DNA of 64,000 nucleotides from Vicugna vicugna (GCA_013265495.1 MU058636.1:10019066-10083065), one strand, 5' to 3'. Shown: positions 12,926 to 26,236, numbered from the stretch's first letter. Notes: generated from the letters alone by a model not told the origin. Translations and numbers: made by a program.

Positions 12926-13589
12926 AAATGCCAAGTGCCGATCTACTCTACCTACGACAGGTACATTCCGACATACTGACAGTCTCCCAAGGAAGATGAG
13001 AAACAGGATTCTTGGGCTGTGCTTTAGAGGCAGACATCACAGGTAGTCAAAACAGAGTCGTGAGTCCACAGGTTGTGAACGATTCACAGAGACTGTGACC
13101 AGAAAGGCCGTCCCTGGTGTTGCCTTGCCAGCCTTCTCCACAGACGTCTGCAGGAGAGCAAGGTTTGGTTTCACGTGGCTTTGACACAGAGAGAAAGCCC
13201 GTGTATGACTAGATTAGGAAGTTCCTTGGAAATGGAGGATCACCCAGGGTGCTGAGGCCAGGCTAATGGTGGAAAGTCAAGTAGAATCAAAAGACTGACT
13301 TGAGAGGCTGACAGCCATAGTACCTGACCAGGTCAGATACTCTCATTAAGCTTTTGCATAAACAGACCAGAGAATGGAAATGTAAGTTATGATCTGAGAC
13401 AGTTAAAATCAATAATGCTATGTTAAAAAGTCTCTGAACTGCCTCTGCATTATGTAAAATTAAAAATAAAAATATATTCTCTCTACTGCATGCATTAAAC
13501 ACAGACACACACAGAGAGAGCTTCCTTTCTCTTTTATTTTTTTTTTATTATTCCCCATTTATTTGTCTTTCTGAGTTTTCTCTCCAGCT

Positions 13590-13870
13590 AAACCTGTAAT
13601 GTCGTATTGGGTTCTGCCTTTACCACTTCAATAAAGACACTGAGAAACTAGAATGTATGCAGAAGATAGCAATTAAAACAGGGACAGGGCCAGACTCAAT
13701 GTCATGAGACTATCAGCGCTGGAAGAGAAGCTTATGTATACAAAGTTCTAGCATTATGGAAGAAGAGTGTCATTTGCTCTTTGTGGTTCCAGAAGGAGGA
13801 ACCTGGATCAAATGACTCAAAGCTACAGAAGGGAGTTTAGGCTCAGTGTAACCATGAGGTATGGCAGCAG
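13590..13870 (+). mobile_element. L3/CR1 LINE 3' ORF2 fragment
   Basis: 13624-13677 translates HFNKDTEKLECMQKIAIK, resembling the CR1 ORF2 motif HFKKDIEKLERVQRRATK. Confidence 0.75.
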
Positions 13871-14954
13871 CTGAAACAAGCTACTCTCCTAGATGTCTCC
13901 AAGGGGATGACGTCCCACTTCTAATCACATTTACCATTTGGTCACATGCATCAGTCTCGCAAACTGATTGGATTATGTGCCGTTCTCTCCCACTGGCCTT
14001 GAAGCAACTCCAGGACACAGATCGTATGCTTTCGCGCTTGTATCCCCAACTTACGCCACAGTGCCTGGCACACAATAGGCACTCGATACAATCTTGATGA
14101 AAGGATGAAGATGAACAAGGCCAATGGACACAAGTGCCATCAGCAGAAGAGGACTGATCCCAGAGAGCTGGCTCAGAGCATCCGTCAGTGGTGCTGAGGG
14201 GAACTGCTATCTAAGACACGGTTTTGCAGAAAGAGATGCTTGAAGCCTGGCATACGCACAGGCTCCAGGTGGAAGCTGGTGGGGAATGCAGGCGGTGAGA
14301 CAAGTTTGGGCACAGATACTGTCATGCTTTCTCAGCATCCATTCACAGAGGCAGAAAGGGCTATTTATTTTGGACAGGGGCTGGTGGCAAAATAGCTCTT
14401 CGTATAGACGGCCTTTCGTTTCCAGGTCTTCAAACATTCTCTGCACATGACCTCACTCCTTCCACCTCTTCCCTGGGAAGAAGCAGGCAGGTGGCTGCTA
14501 CCGAAGGCACACCAACCAGCCTGTTTGGACAAGAGCCTGCCGAATGCCTCGTCTCTGGCAAGCAGCCACCTGAACAGCCAAGAAAGGACTGTCTTTCAAG
14601 CCCAGCAGCCTCATGGGATGACTTGAAACCAGATGGGTACTTTTTCCTTGAGACTCGTGACTCACCGGTTAATATCAAAATATGGATCGCTCATCGCAAA
14701 TCAGTGACCTGTGACTCAGTGCTGGACTGAATCAGGGAGGCCAAATGTGTTGGTGCAACAATGGTTGTGTGTGTTTTTGATCCAGCACATGAGCTCTGTC
14801 TCCTACACCCCCACCCCCCTGCTTCCTGCGACCCAGCCACCCCTCTCACCAGCTCCCAGAGGCCCAGGACCATCATTCCAGTTTGACTGCTACTGGAGCG
14901 CGTCATCTGCCAGTCAGCTCTAGCCTGTCACTTTATTCTAACACCCCTGGACTG

Positions 14955-15250
14955 AGCTGCCCGGCCCTGCCCCGCTCCCGCCTCCTGCCGCTCCAGCTCC
15001 CAGTGCGCATGCGCTCTATTTAGTGCCTCCCGGGCTTAGCGCCTGAGGCCAACAGGCACAGCGTCCCACCTCCCATTCCCGCCTGCTCAATACCCCAGGG
15101 TCCCGCCTGCACACTTCCTTTCGTACAACAACACGTCTGGTGGCCCTGGGCAGCAAGTTCATGGGCACAGATGAGAAGGGTTTCTCTGTTGATTCACAGG
15201 AAGAGTATGCATACCTTTTGACTTCCTGTTTTTGATGAACCAAGTAAGAG
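14955..15250. promoter_or_regulatory. Small CpG-rich promoter/enhancer candidate
   Basis: Consensus NRF1 site TGCGCATGCGC at 15004-15014; several CCCGCC GC-box-like motifs; ETS cores ACAGGAAG (15196-15203) and ACTTCCTG (15221-15228). Confidence 0.55.
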
Positions 15251-16039
15251 AAAAAGTTTTTTTTTTTAAGTTTAATTGGCCCCAAATAGTGACTTATTAA
15301 AAAGCAGATGGAAACTGTAGGTTGATTAAGGACCTGTCACTGCAGCCCATCTTAACGTCGAGGGACCACCCATGACACGTGGCTAATGCTGGAGCAGCCA
15401 TGCTGCTTGGGACACAAGACATGACCGTTTTTAGGAGAGGAAGTGAAGAAGGGTGTCTTCAACTGAAACCCCAACGGATAAAATGTGTGCAGAGTGAGGC
15501 CAGGGGAGGGCAAACGAACCACGAGGGACTCAAGAGTTCTGACTCCCGCTGCAGCACATGGGGAGTCCTCTCAGCACCAACCTACCAGCCCAACTGACGG
15601 GATCCAAAGGATGCGGGGTGGGGACCTAGCTCACACTCTCAAGCGGTCAGAGGGTGGAAATGCAAAATACAATCCCCAATCACCTTAGGCTGAAATAGCT
15701 GTGGTCCACGTAGCATCAATTTCTTATGGAGTCAAGGAAACAGAGACCAGGGCAGTCTGTGCCCTAAACTGTGAGCACAGTGGGGTGCACTGACTGGGGA
15801 GCCTACAGGTGACCACATCCTGCCCAGGAACCGGGAAGGCTAAGGGAATCAACATCCCAGCATTCCTGCATCCGTTCAAGCTCTGGCAGTGGTGCCTGGC
15901 CCATGAATGCTTGGAGCTTTTCTCCTTACAGAGCTCTGGCCACCCTCAGAAGTGTCATGAATATTCAGTTAAGTGAGCCCCACAGCTAGTAGGTGTTTAG
16001 CAAATAACAGGCCCCTTCTTTTCAGAAAGATTTTGTAAC

Positions 16040-16225
16040 AGAGTGCTTAGGAACATGGCCTTTGGCAACTCCAGTCTGGCTCTGCTACTTACTAACTGGG
16101 CAGCCTTGTGCTAAAGACTTTGACAGCCTAGCCCCCTTTCCTCACCTGCCCCAATGTTTGTTGTCGTGAATTTGCTTAATTTATGTAAGACAAAGCCTGG
16201 CCCAAAGTAAATGCTCAATAAATGG
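16040..16225 (+). mobile_element. MIR SINE
   Basis: ctggctctgctacttactaactgggcagccttg...gcctggcccaaagtaaatgctcaataaatg. Confidence 0.7.
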
Positions 16226-16551
16226 CAGAGACTGTTTTTATTCTGTGACACCTGAGGCTAGATTTGTGCTACATTATTGCACCATCAATCCCCCACATGA
16301 TGTAGTTGGTTTACATTTGTCTGTTTGCCCACACACACTCATTTCAGTATGCCCAGCAAGAAGCACCGGGATCAGCCGCTTGTGGGCATTGAAGAAATGA
16401 CCGTCACTTGGCCTGCTTGGCACCCAGAGCCGTATGCTAGTAACCCAAGCACAGCAGTGATAAGAAGCATGCTTTTCATTGCTGCCTGTCACCAACTCTT
16501 TTTGTTCCCAGCTGCAAGCCATTCTCTATCTTAGTCTCAGTCTTACGAACC

Positions 16552-16685
16552 CAGTATTTCTCAACACGCGGGACCCTGCCCTGGACATTCCAAATCAGAG
16601 CTATGGGGAGGGTGCCCTGGAATCTGCAGTTTAACATACATCCCAAGTGATTCCGAAGCCCAGGGAAGGTTAGGGAAACGGTCTG
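16552..16685. mobile_element. MER5-family hAT MITE
   Basis: cagtatttctcaac start; ccctggaatctgcagtttaaca..catcccaagtgattc. Confidence 0.7.
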
Positions 16686-18949
16686 CAGACATCAGGCAGG
16701 GATCAGCTGGCCAGAGGAGCCCTCTGAAACAGAGAAGGAGAAGTTTCCTTGCCAACTTCTGTAAGCAGAAAGCTGTGATTCTCACACCTGATCTTAACAG
16801 GTGGCCCCCGCGTGGAGAGAGAATCACGTGGTCGGCAACATCTTCCTCCACATAGCACTTCCTTCTGCAAATGCTGCTGGTTCTATCAAACCCACGAGCC
16901 TCCAGGAGCCAGTCCAGTGGCTAACGTTCCTTTCCAGCCATTCTTGAATGAGGAGGGACCCATTTACTGCGCCCCTCCTGGATGACAGGCTCTGTACTGG
17001 GAAGTGCGCCCGGGGAGGATGAATTATTGTCACTTTAACTTAGTCAGACCTAAACTCCATATTCCCTCTGGGTGGATTTTTTTTTTTTCAGAAGAGCACA
17101 GGACATTAAAATAAAAACTTACCAGTTCATAGCTGCATTACAGTTGATGCTTCATTGAAACAAGGGAGACGTATACCTGTCAAGTAGGGCTGCATTCACG
17201 TAAAAGGCATCATTAAAGCTACTGAAGCCTCCTGTTCCACGCAGATGAATCACCACAGCAACAGTGAGCAGAGATGCTCGGAGAATGGACCATTCAAACT
17301 GCCAAGGCACTCGTTACGTTCTTAGTTGATCTTTATCTAAAATATCTCGGACGAGAGCATTGCATCAATGGGAGCCACTCACTCCGCAGAACTGTGGCAG
17401 AAGACTGACAACATGTGCTTTTGGGAGCGGGGGACAGGCTCTGGGGAAAGTCAGCATAAAGCGCCAGCCCAGCTCAGACAGATCAGGATAACAGGCCCCT
17501 CAGATCTGGGGTCTGTGGACCAAACCCTATGGAAAACCTGTCATCTGAACCTGTACTCCAAGCACAAAGAGCCTTCTGCTCTATGCCCCAAACAGCTCAA
17601 CTGAGATCAGAGAGGCCAGGGCTTGGCTGGAGCACTGCCCAGAGTTGCGTTCCACAGGGGACACTCAGTCCCCATGCACCGGGCACCCTGTGGAGGGAGC
17701 TTCTTGCAGCCAGAAGGTCTGAGCTCTGCCTCTTCTCCCAGTGCTAGCCTGACAGAAGGTGACATGAAACAAGTGCCCATCTGGAAGGATCCAGCTGACC
17801 CCAGGCCGGGAGGATTGAGAAGGGCAGTTTTGTCAGTGGTCCTTTCTTCAAAAGTTGACACCCAGTTGAGGGAATCACCTGGCTCTCCTCTTCTACTGCT
17901 TCGTACCAGCTCTTTTTTGAACAACTTACTGTCATGATCACCTTCAACAAAGGGCTAGAAGAAGCAGGAATATGAATCCTTTGGAGCCTCTACCAACTAA
18001 CTCTGAAAACAGTTGTCAATGGGGGAGGTTAAAACAGCCAACTAAGACATGGGTTCATGAATCCACGCTTCCTCTCCTGCATGTAGGACGCCCTTCCATT
18101 GCTTCTTCTAAGTGGCTCCTTTAGAAACTTCCATTATGTCACAGCCCTGGCTTTTCCTCTGCTTTCCTTTCCTTTTTGCATGTTGCTCCCCAGGTTCTGT
18201 CTTTTATTCTTTGATGTTCCAACGACCCCCTCTCATGACCTGTGTGATAATGATGATCTAATTGTCTGACTCTCACTTAAGACTTTGGGCCATGAGGCAA
18301 AGGACAATGTCTGTGTTGTTTTGTCACTACTGTGTGCCTGGAATATATAGTTAAAAAGCAATAAATGTGTGTTGGGTGAGTTGACTGGGTGAAGATAATG
18401 ACCAATATGTAGGCAAATATAGGACCACAATACTTGCATGTTGTAGCCTGTTCATGTCTGGAGTTCAAATACATTATCTCCAGCTACAGACATCAGAGAG
18501 AGGTAAATGGAGAAAAGTTTCGTTGGTCACGTGCAGGTGCTAAAGGCAAGTCAGAGAGAAGTTACGACAAGAGGTAAGATGGGATAAAGCTGAAAGCAAG
18601 GCTAAGTCTTCACCTTCCGGGAGTGGTCTGGAACATACATAATTTCAGTGTGGCACAACCATCTGTCCATGGCTTTTCACTCTTTCAAACTGCTTTCACA
18701 TATTTTATTGTGCTTTGTATTCATGATAACCCTTGAAAAAGAGCAAGCTGATACTGCTATCCCCATCTGACAGGTAAGGTAACAGAGGCAGGGACATTCA
18801 CGTCTGACACCAGGACACCTCGAGGCTGATGTCAACAAGGGTGTGGACTGAATATTCCTCAAGCATTTCGAATGCAACCATTCAAGACTCAGTTCATCTT
18901 ATTTCCCTCCTGAAGTTTCATGTACTCCCATGATCTCAGAACACAGACT

Positions 18950-19097
18950 GACAGAAATACTTTCAGCATATGACAAGAGATTGATAGTCAAAGCATCAAA
19001 AGAGCTTCTGCACCTCAATAATAAAAAGAAAAACTAACCAAATAAAGTGGGCAAAAGCCTTTAAAAGACATTTCTCTAAAAGAAGATCTATACATGG
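18950..19097 (+). mobile_element. Old L1 ORF2 3' fragment
   Basis: gacaagagattgatagtcaaa...ctcaataataaaaag...gtgggcaaaagcctttaaaagacatttctctaaaagaagatctataca resembles late L1 ORF2. Confidence 0.8.
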
Positions 19098-19629
19098 GGT
19101 CATTTCTCCCAGCAAGGGCTCTGCCAAACACTGGTTCCCAGAGGGCCTCGAGGTGTAAGGCAGATAATGTGAACTTTGTGCAAAAATCATGGAAATGCTT
19201 TCAGCATTTTTTAATTTTAATTTTCGGGAGATCACTCTAGATGTTAGTATTTTTTCCACCAAAAAAAAAAAAACAAAAAAAAACAAAAAAAAAAAAAAAC
19301 GGTCCCAAGGTCAAAGACGTTTAGAAAACCTAAACAAATCCACCCGGGATTTCTGGGGCGGGGGTCCTCACGAGGTACCCTGTGGGCGGGCCCTAAGAGA
19401 AAGACGGGTAAGAAGCACCCTTGGTCAAGGAACTCGTTGTTTAAAGAGCATTGCAGAGTCACTTCCTGGAGAACACGGTAAAAAGACTCTTCTCCTCGTT
19501 GGCCCTCTCGTAGCCTCCCAATCACACGCCGTCACCCCGTCTCAAAAAGTCATTCCCAAACGCTCCTTCCATCCACGCATGCGCTGGGAGCTCTCTGCAT
19601 TAGCCTCCGCGCACGACTCTCCGGAAGGA

Positions 19630-20420
19630 GGCCTCCCTTGTGCAAAAGTGATCACCTCACTCCCCTGGTTAAAACCCCCCAGCAGTTCCGCACAGAACAG
19701 AGGATCGAGGTCTGATTCCTCAGCGGAACTTACAAGGCCCTTCCTTACATGACTTCTTCCCCTTTCTCTGCCTGCCCGCCCGCCTCCCCATGTCCCTGCG
19801 CTCCAGGTTTGAAGAGCTACGTGTGCTGTCACAAGGGGACGCCTTAGCAACGTGAGCCTCCCTTGCCAATCATCTCCTAATCCCACTCACGCTTCAGAGC
19901 AATTTGGATTCCCCAAACAGTAATCACCCCCTCTCCGCCCCGAAACCCTCCAGGTACAAGCCCCGCCCCTGCCCCCTCCTCACGCACTTCTATTCACACA
20001 CTTGCCGCTCTGTACGTCCCCGCCGGTGTGTCTGCCCATCTCCTGGACCAAAGCGGAAGCACCTGAGGTCATTCATTTCTCGGGTCCTATTCATCTCAGG
20101 ATCCCACATGCCTAGTGCAGGAACTGGGCACTGGAAACCCCATTAATTCCTGCTCATCTTTCAGCCCCCGCTAAAACCACGTTCTCCAGGAGACTTCTTC
20201 GACCTCAGCCCACAAAGTCACACTCTTCTGTCATCTGATTTCCCACTTCCCTTTACTTTTCCGCATCGCTCTTGTCAGCCCTTTAATTACTTTGCTACCT
20301 GATTAACCGGCAGTGACTCTCTCCACAGGGTACAGATCACGTCTGTCGAATCCCCAGTGTTAGAACAGTGTCTGGCACAGAGTTAACGTTCCATAAATAT
20401 TTGATGAGCTCATGAATGGA
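19630..20420 (+). mobile_element. Degraded L2 3' fragments
   Basis: gatcacctcactcccctggttaaaacccc; 3' end gaatccccagtgttagaacagtgtctggcacagag..cataaatatttgatga. Confidence 0.6.
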
Positions 20421-21269
20421 GGAGAAAGAATACGTAAATAAACAGTAATACCTGGCTGGGATAGACGAGGCCAGGGGACGTCTGTTCGTGCATTCAGTAG
20501 GGCGTGTGTGGCGGTCGCGTACAATAGGATGAAGGGTGAGGAAATCCGGGGGCAGGAGTCCTACCTGTGAAAACCATGCCCAGACATTGCCTCTGGGGGA
20601 GAGGCGATAGTGACACAAAGAGCTTCTCTGCTTCCATCCCCTGCATATGTCCACGGCTAAGCACAAGCCGACAAGGAAAAGAACACGGCACTCTGAGTGT
20701 GCCGGCGGGGAAGCCAGGCTGACCCAGAGGTCAGAGCCGTGTGGTACTTTTGCCCCTGGTTTCCCAGTGGTATTTTATCACCGTCATTATTAATTCATGA
20801 CAAGAGTCCTCTTTTTAAAATAATAGTGTTAGAAATTATGTTTTATAAATAAGTAAAAATGGAATCTAGACATTATTTACTAGGTTCTGTTTCTTCCCCA
20901 GAACTCTTCATCAATGAAAATCAATTTGAAGCTGAATTTTTCTTACAAATACATTGCCCACTTGTGAACCAGCCTATGGAAATAGAAAAAGCCGTAGTTC
21001 CTCACCTTCTCCTAACCGCACTCTAAACTGCCCTCTCCCCGGCTCCTTTTATCTGAGAATCTTTATCTTAAACCACTTTACAGGCAGTCATTAATTTTCA
21101 CAGCACTCCCACTAAGAAGATTCTTTTCCTTCCATTAAACCATAGAGTAAACTGAGAAGCCAAATTAAGTGATCTGCCTGCTCAGGAAATTAGTGGCCTG
21201 ACTGGGTTCAAACATAGCAGCTCTGATTTCCAAGGCCTCGCATCCATCGGCCACCCTGGTACTTCCTGG

Positions 21270-21490
21270 CTCTGTGTAGTAGGTAAGAGCCCAGGCTTCT
21301 AAGTGGATAAAACCTGGCGTCAAATCTTAGCTCTGCAATTTCCTTGACAAGTTATTCAACCTCATGAAGTTGGACAATAAGAACACTTGTTTCATAAAGT
21401 TGCTGTGAGGATTAAATATGATAATGTACCTAGAGTACTTAACACAGGATCTGTAACAAATGAAGAATTATATTATTATTATTATTATGC
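21270..21490 (+). mobile_element. MIR SINE with (TAT)n tail
   Basis: caaatcttagctctgcaatttccttgacaagttattcaacctc...ttgctgtgaggattaaatatgataatg. Confidence 0.75.
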
Positions 21491-21664
21491 ACACCCTTAC
21501 GCAGCCCCCTCCCATAATTTTTTCTCACCACATCAGGAAGTGAGTAAGCCACACCTGCAGCTGTGCAATATGATACCCACATTTGCAGATGAAGTCTGCT
21601 ATGGGGTTGTTAGGGTATCTGAGCACATTCCTGGAGAACTGCTACATCAATAATTATACAGTTA

Positions 21665-21930
21665 TTCATTCATGAATACATGTGTGCATCCATTCATTCA
21701 CCCATCGATTCATCCACTCATCTATCCATCCAAATATCTATCTGTCCATGCATCTGTCCTTTCATCCATCCATCCACCCACCCACCCACCCAAGCATCCA
21801 TCCATTCATGTTTAGTGCACATAGAAAGCACCTAACATGTATAAGGCCCGTGTTAAGTGCTATGGAATATATTAAGGTGCCTAAGACATGGTCTCTGCCC
21901 TCAGAGCTACAAATCCAGACAATTACAAAA
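21665..21930 (-). repeat. (TCCA/TTCA)n tract at the tail of an antisense L2 3' end
   Basis: Imperfect catc/cattc repeats at 21665-21810, followed by aagcacctaacatgt..gtgttaagtgctatgg...aagacatggtctctgccctc. Confidence 0.75.
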
Positions 21931-23049
21931 ACATTATAAAGCAAAAAGGAATGTAAAAATATCATAAGAGACGTTATTGAAGGTGAACGAAGGAAATTGG
22001 CCACGTAGAAAGAGTAGTGAATTAAGAGCCAGGAGATCTTTTTTAGTCCTGGCTTTAACGTTGATCTAACATAAGCCCAGTCACCTCCCCGGAGTTCTGT
22101 TTCCCCACATATACAGTGAGGGGGCGGAAGTGGAAGATTCCAAGGGGCCCTTTCAGCTCTAAATTGCACACCCTCTGCCATTCAGACTCAGTGCTGAGTA
22201 ACAGACGTGGCATTCCAGGAAAAGAGAATGACACAAGCGCCTTCATGAAGACAGAGAGACGTGGAATGTTAATGGAAGGATGAGCGGTACCCTGGATCAC
22301 AGCACATGGCAGGAGAAGATCATGCCCTGAGAGTGAGATCCAGACTCTATTGTGAAGGGATTTATTTCCAGGCTAAGGACCACACACACACACACAGAGC
22401 TGATAGGTGACATGCGATTGGTCCATCCTTTTAAATTGTAGGCTGGGGGTAGGAAGGGTGAGGTAACACTGGAAACAGGGAAGACCAGGTGACTGGGTAA
22501 AAGATTTTTGTAAGAGATTAGACAAATAATAACCAGGGTCTGAATTCAAGCAGCAGGAGGAATGTAAAGGAGACAAATGTGAGAACACCAATGGGCACAA
22601 GCTGCAAGGCCTAGTAACTCATTACGAGTCGGGGAAAGTAGAGATGACTCTAAAGCTTTGTGTTGATGATGAGAAAAATGCATTGACATCCGTTGAGTCT
22701 GCAGAAGGCCAGGCAGACAGAGCTCCCAGTCGGTGCCCCCGGGACCTTCAGTGCTGGGCACTCCATCAAGTGGGAGGGGGCTCTCTCCTGCCCATTTTCC
22801 CAGTGAACGTCTACTCATAGTTCAAGTCTTAGCTCCAGACTGTCTGATCCAGAAGCCATCCCTCGTCACCCTCACCCCTATCACTCACTCTGCCCTACTC
22901 ATAATTTTAATGGAATCCAGGATTCTTCCTTGAATCTTATATATTCACATGTCTTTCGCCCCTAATAAACAGCAAGCAACGTCTCGGGCAGGACTCTATC
23001 TTAGTCACCTCTGTACTGCAGCCCGTGGCCTCGTAGCTGACACCTAGTC

Positions 23050-23230
23050 CTACTTAAGCACTTGTCACTGGGAAGAAGAACTAACTTCTACAGAGGGCAC
23101 ACCTGTGGCTTTACGTGCCCTGTCTCATTTCACCCCCACAGCAACCGCACACTTGAGTTTGGTGTTATTGACCCCATTTGATAGATGAAGAAACTGAGGC
23201 TTAGGCAAACTAAGCAACTTGCCCAAAATG
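23050..23230 (-). mobile_element. MIR SINE
   Basis: ccccatttgatagatgaagaaactgaggcttagg..aagcaacttgcccaa. Confidence 0.8.
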
Positions 23231-24399
23231 AAAGTGCTTTTTCTTTCCCTGGATCTCTACCGCCTTAGACTGATGGAGGTGAGACGGTCTGACATTGAGA
23301 AGACTTCAAATATCATGGCAGAACTGGGGGTTGTCAGCTTAGCTGACACCGAAACAGTGGGAGACACGTGGACACGCACACTCAGAGTCTGAGAGTTCTT
23401 GCCTATTCACCCCTTGAGAGGACTCAGTAGTAATTTAAGGACAATACCATAACACACAAGCCGCGTAGGCCCATCATGAAGCCTATTCATGGCTGCGAAC
23501 ATCTAATAAAATCGACTTCAAAGTCGAGCCACCTCCTCTCCCTCTCACACTAACTCTGGAGACACACTCACTTGTAGGAACATTTTTCCTCACTGACCCC
23601 CGCAGACCTTTGCCACCACCGCCCCTTGTCAGACACAGCGGGCAGCATGCTCCTCTTCCAAACCCACCTGAGAAGGTGAATAGGGAAGCGCTCCCAGGAA
23701 GAGGCAAAGAAGCCCTGAGGCTCAGGGCAGATTTGCTGGATGGTGGCGCTGGCTGGTTCGAGCCCACTGCCCGCCTCTGAAAACAGTCCCAGGTAGACTG
23801 CATCCTCCTTAAAAGGAAACAGCCCACCTGGGCCTGAATCCTGACAGAAGCAGAGAGGCCTGAGCAAGCTCCCACAGCAAAGGTGCGCCACACACGCAGT
23901 TACCCAGCCGCTGCTGCAAACCCTGTGTGCAGTCAGAAGAGGCCTAATTAGCCTGAGCTAAGTGTCTGAGGTCAGACGCTGAAGAACATCTCGCGGCCTG
24001 GGCTGTAACTTAGAGATGCCACAGACCACCCTGCCAAACCGCCGTTGGCCCCAGACTGGGGAGCAGGTAGCTTCCTCCCACCCAGGCTTAATTTAAGAGC
24101 CCTAGGAGCGGGGACGCCTCATCCCGTGCTGCCTGTCGGAACCCACCATTGTGTATTCGCATGTATGTGCCTGCGTGTTCTCTCAGTGTTCCACACTCCT
24201 GATCAAAGGCAGCTTATGCAAGAGGAAAATTAATTTAAATAGCAAAGTGGTGACATTATTTTGCAGTGTCCCAGGAAGACTGTCCCACTGCTTATGTGCT
24301 CATTTACTCAATCATTCAGCCTTTCAGCCAGACTTGGAGGGGACATCGCTGTCGCAATCGACTCCATTACAGAAAGCAGACCCACCAGACGCACGTTCG

Positions 24400-24911
24400 C
24401 TCCCCCAGCTTCCCACGGCTGCTGACACACGTCCACGAGCCTAGGAGTTTGAAAAAACACACGTGTGCTAGCTTACAGTTCAAAAGGTTGGAAGTCCGAA
24501 GCAGGTCTCCCTGGGCTAAAATCAGGGCGTAGACAGGACTGCGCTTCTTCTGGAGGCTCTAGGAAAGCATCCATTTCCTTGCCTTTTCCAGCTTCCAGAA
24601 GCCACTGACATTCCTTTGCTCAAGGCCCCTTCCTCTTTATTCAAAGCCAGCAACATCAGGCTACATCCACCTCATGTCGCCAATTCTCTGCCCTCCTCTT
24701 CTACTCTCAGAGCCCCTGGGAATATGCTGGGCCCGCTCTGATAATCCAGGATAATCTCTCCATCCCGAGGTCCTTCAGTTAATCTCATCAGAAAAGTCCC
24801 TCTCGCCCCATATGGAGTGTGCACTATGTGTTGCCATAACAGAAGGCAATATATCCACAGCCCTGGGGATGGCCACCTGGGCATCTTTGAGGCATTACTC
24901 TGCCTAGCACA
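24400..24911 (-). mobile_element. MLT1 solo LTR (MLT1C/D-like)
   Basis: gggctaaaatcagggcgt..caggactgcgcttcttctggaggctctagg..tccttgccttttccagcttccagaagcc; right end ctctgcctagcaca. Confidence 0.85.
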
Positions 24912-25429
24912 GTCCCTGTCCCAATGGTGTCTACCTTTTACATCTGACTGAAACTGACTAACCTGGATTTTAGCCTGTTGTTCCTCAGGAGCCTCCTTGG
25001 CTGTGCTCGAAGGTGTTTCCACAGGCGTCATTTTTTGTGAATTGTTCTTAGACCTGCCCTGGTTTCCTCTTAATCATCAGCTTGCACGTTCATCTCCCTT
25101 GCAGGCTCAATTTCCAAGACACCCCGTCCAGAGAAAGAATTTATTATTTAAGACACATGAGTCTGACATTTGACTTTAAACTAAACAGCAAACACTAGTT
25201 AAAATATCCACAGACCCCAAGGCCCTGGCCTGCCCCTTCTTTTTCTCCAAAATGAGTTCTCTGGGCCCAGTCCAGAAAGGCACCTGTGCGGCCGGCTTCT
25301 GCTCACAGCTGATGTGTCTCTGATCCCTGCTGAATCAGGGCAGCTCAGATTTGCCATTCTCCCTCTTCCATTCATTTCCATTTTTGAAACTGAGTTTTAC
25401 ACAGCTCCAATTTCTAACCTCCTCACGTG

Positions 25430-25916
25430 TGTGGTCGGCAGGACAATGCCCCTCCCCTCCAAGGAAGTCCACGCCCCATAAGTATGTCACCTTGTGAGGC
25501 AAAGCGACTTCAGAGATGTGACTGAGGTGGCCCTTGAGCTGGGGAGAGTGTTCTAGATTATCTGGGTGGCCCAACAGGATCACAAGGGTCCTTCATTGTG
25601 AAGAAGCTCTCCTGGCTGCAGAGAACCAGAGAGAGACGGCAGCAGAAGGATGTGGCCCCGCACTCCCGCCACTGCCGGTTCTGACACGGGGCAGGCCACG
25701 TGTGAGGGCCCACAGACCACTCGAAGCTGGGAACGGCCAGGAAACAGATTCTCCCCGGAGCCTCCAGAAGGGATGCAGCCCTGCCCACACCCTGACTTTA
25801 GGCAGCCGAGACCCCGGTCAGACTCTGGCCCACACAACTGTAAGGTAATAAATTCATATTGTTTTAAACCATTAACTTGTGATCATTTGTTACAGCAGCA
25901 ATAGGAAGTTAATGCA
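25430..25916 (+). mobile_element. MLT1D-like solo LTR
   Basis: Starts tgtggtcggcaggacaatg; gattatctgggtggccc; gaaacagattctccccggagcctccagaagg; aataaa; ends tttgttacagcagcaataggaagttaatgca. Confidence 0.9.
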
Positions 25917-26236
25917 ATGCACATTCTTTTCAGTCCACGCTGGTGATTTTAGCCCTCGACATGAATGCGATTCAGAATCATTAGCAGACTGGCAACACCC
26001 TCCTCCAGATCATTAGCCAGAATTCAAATAAGCCCAGGCCTAATGGGGACCCCTGCAGGAGGCCAGCTGAGAACGCCGTGGGCTGAAGGAGCCCCGTGAT
26101 TAATTATCATCTGCATTTCCTAGACTGGGTTTTATATCTCAGCCAATCTGTACCTCTCCTGCCAGACGCGACACTGTATAGGTTTATGTCCAGTCGGTGC
26201 CCCCGCCCCCCACTCCAAGTCAGCACCTCTCCCCTG

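Noticed and set aside
19261..19299. Poly(A) as the tail of a processed pseudogene
   Set aside because: No upstream poly(A) signal, coding remnant or TSD seen; flanks look like a degraded hAT MITE.
19189..19752. 187-aa ORF with a poly-Lys stretch
   Set aside because: The Lys run is translation of a poly(A) tract and the rest runs into L2-like sequence.
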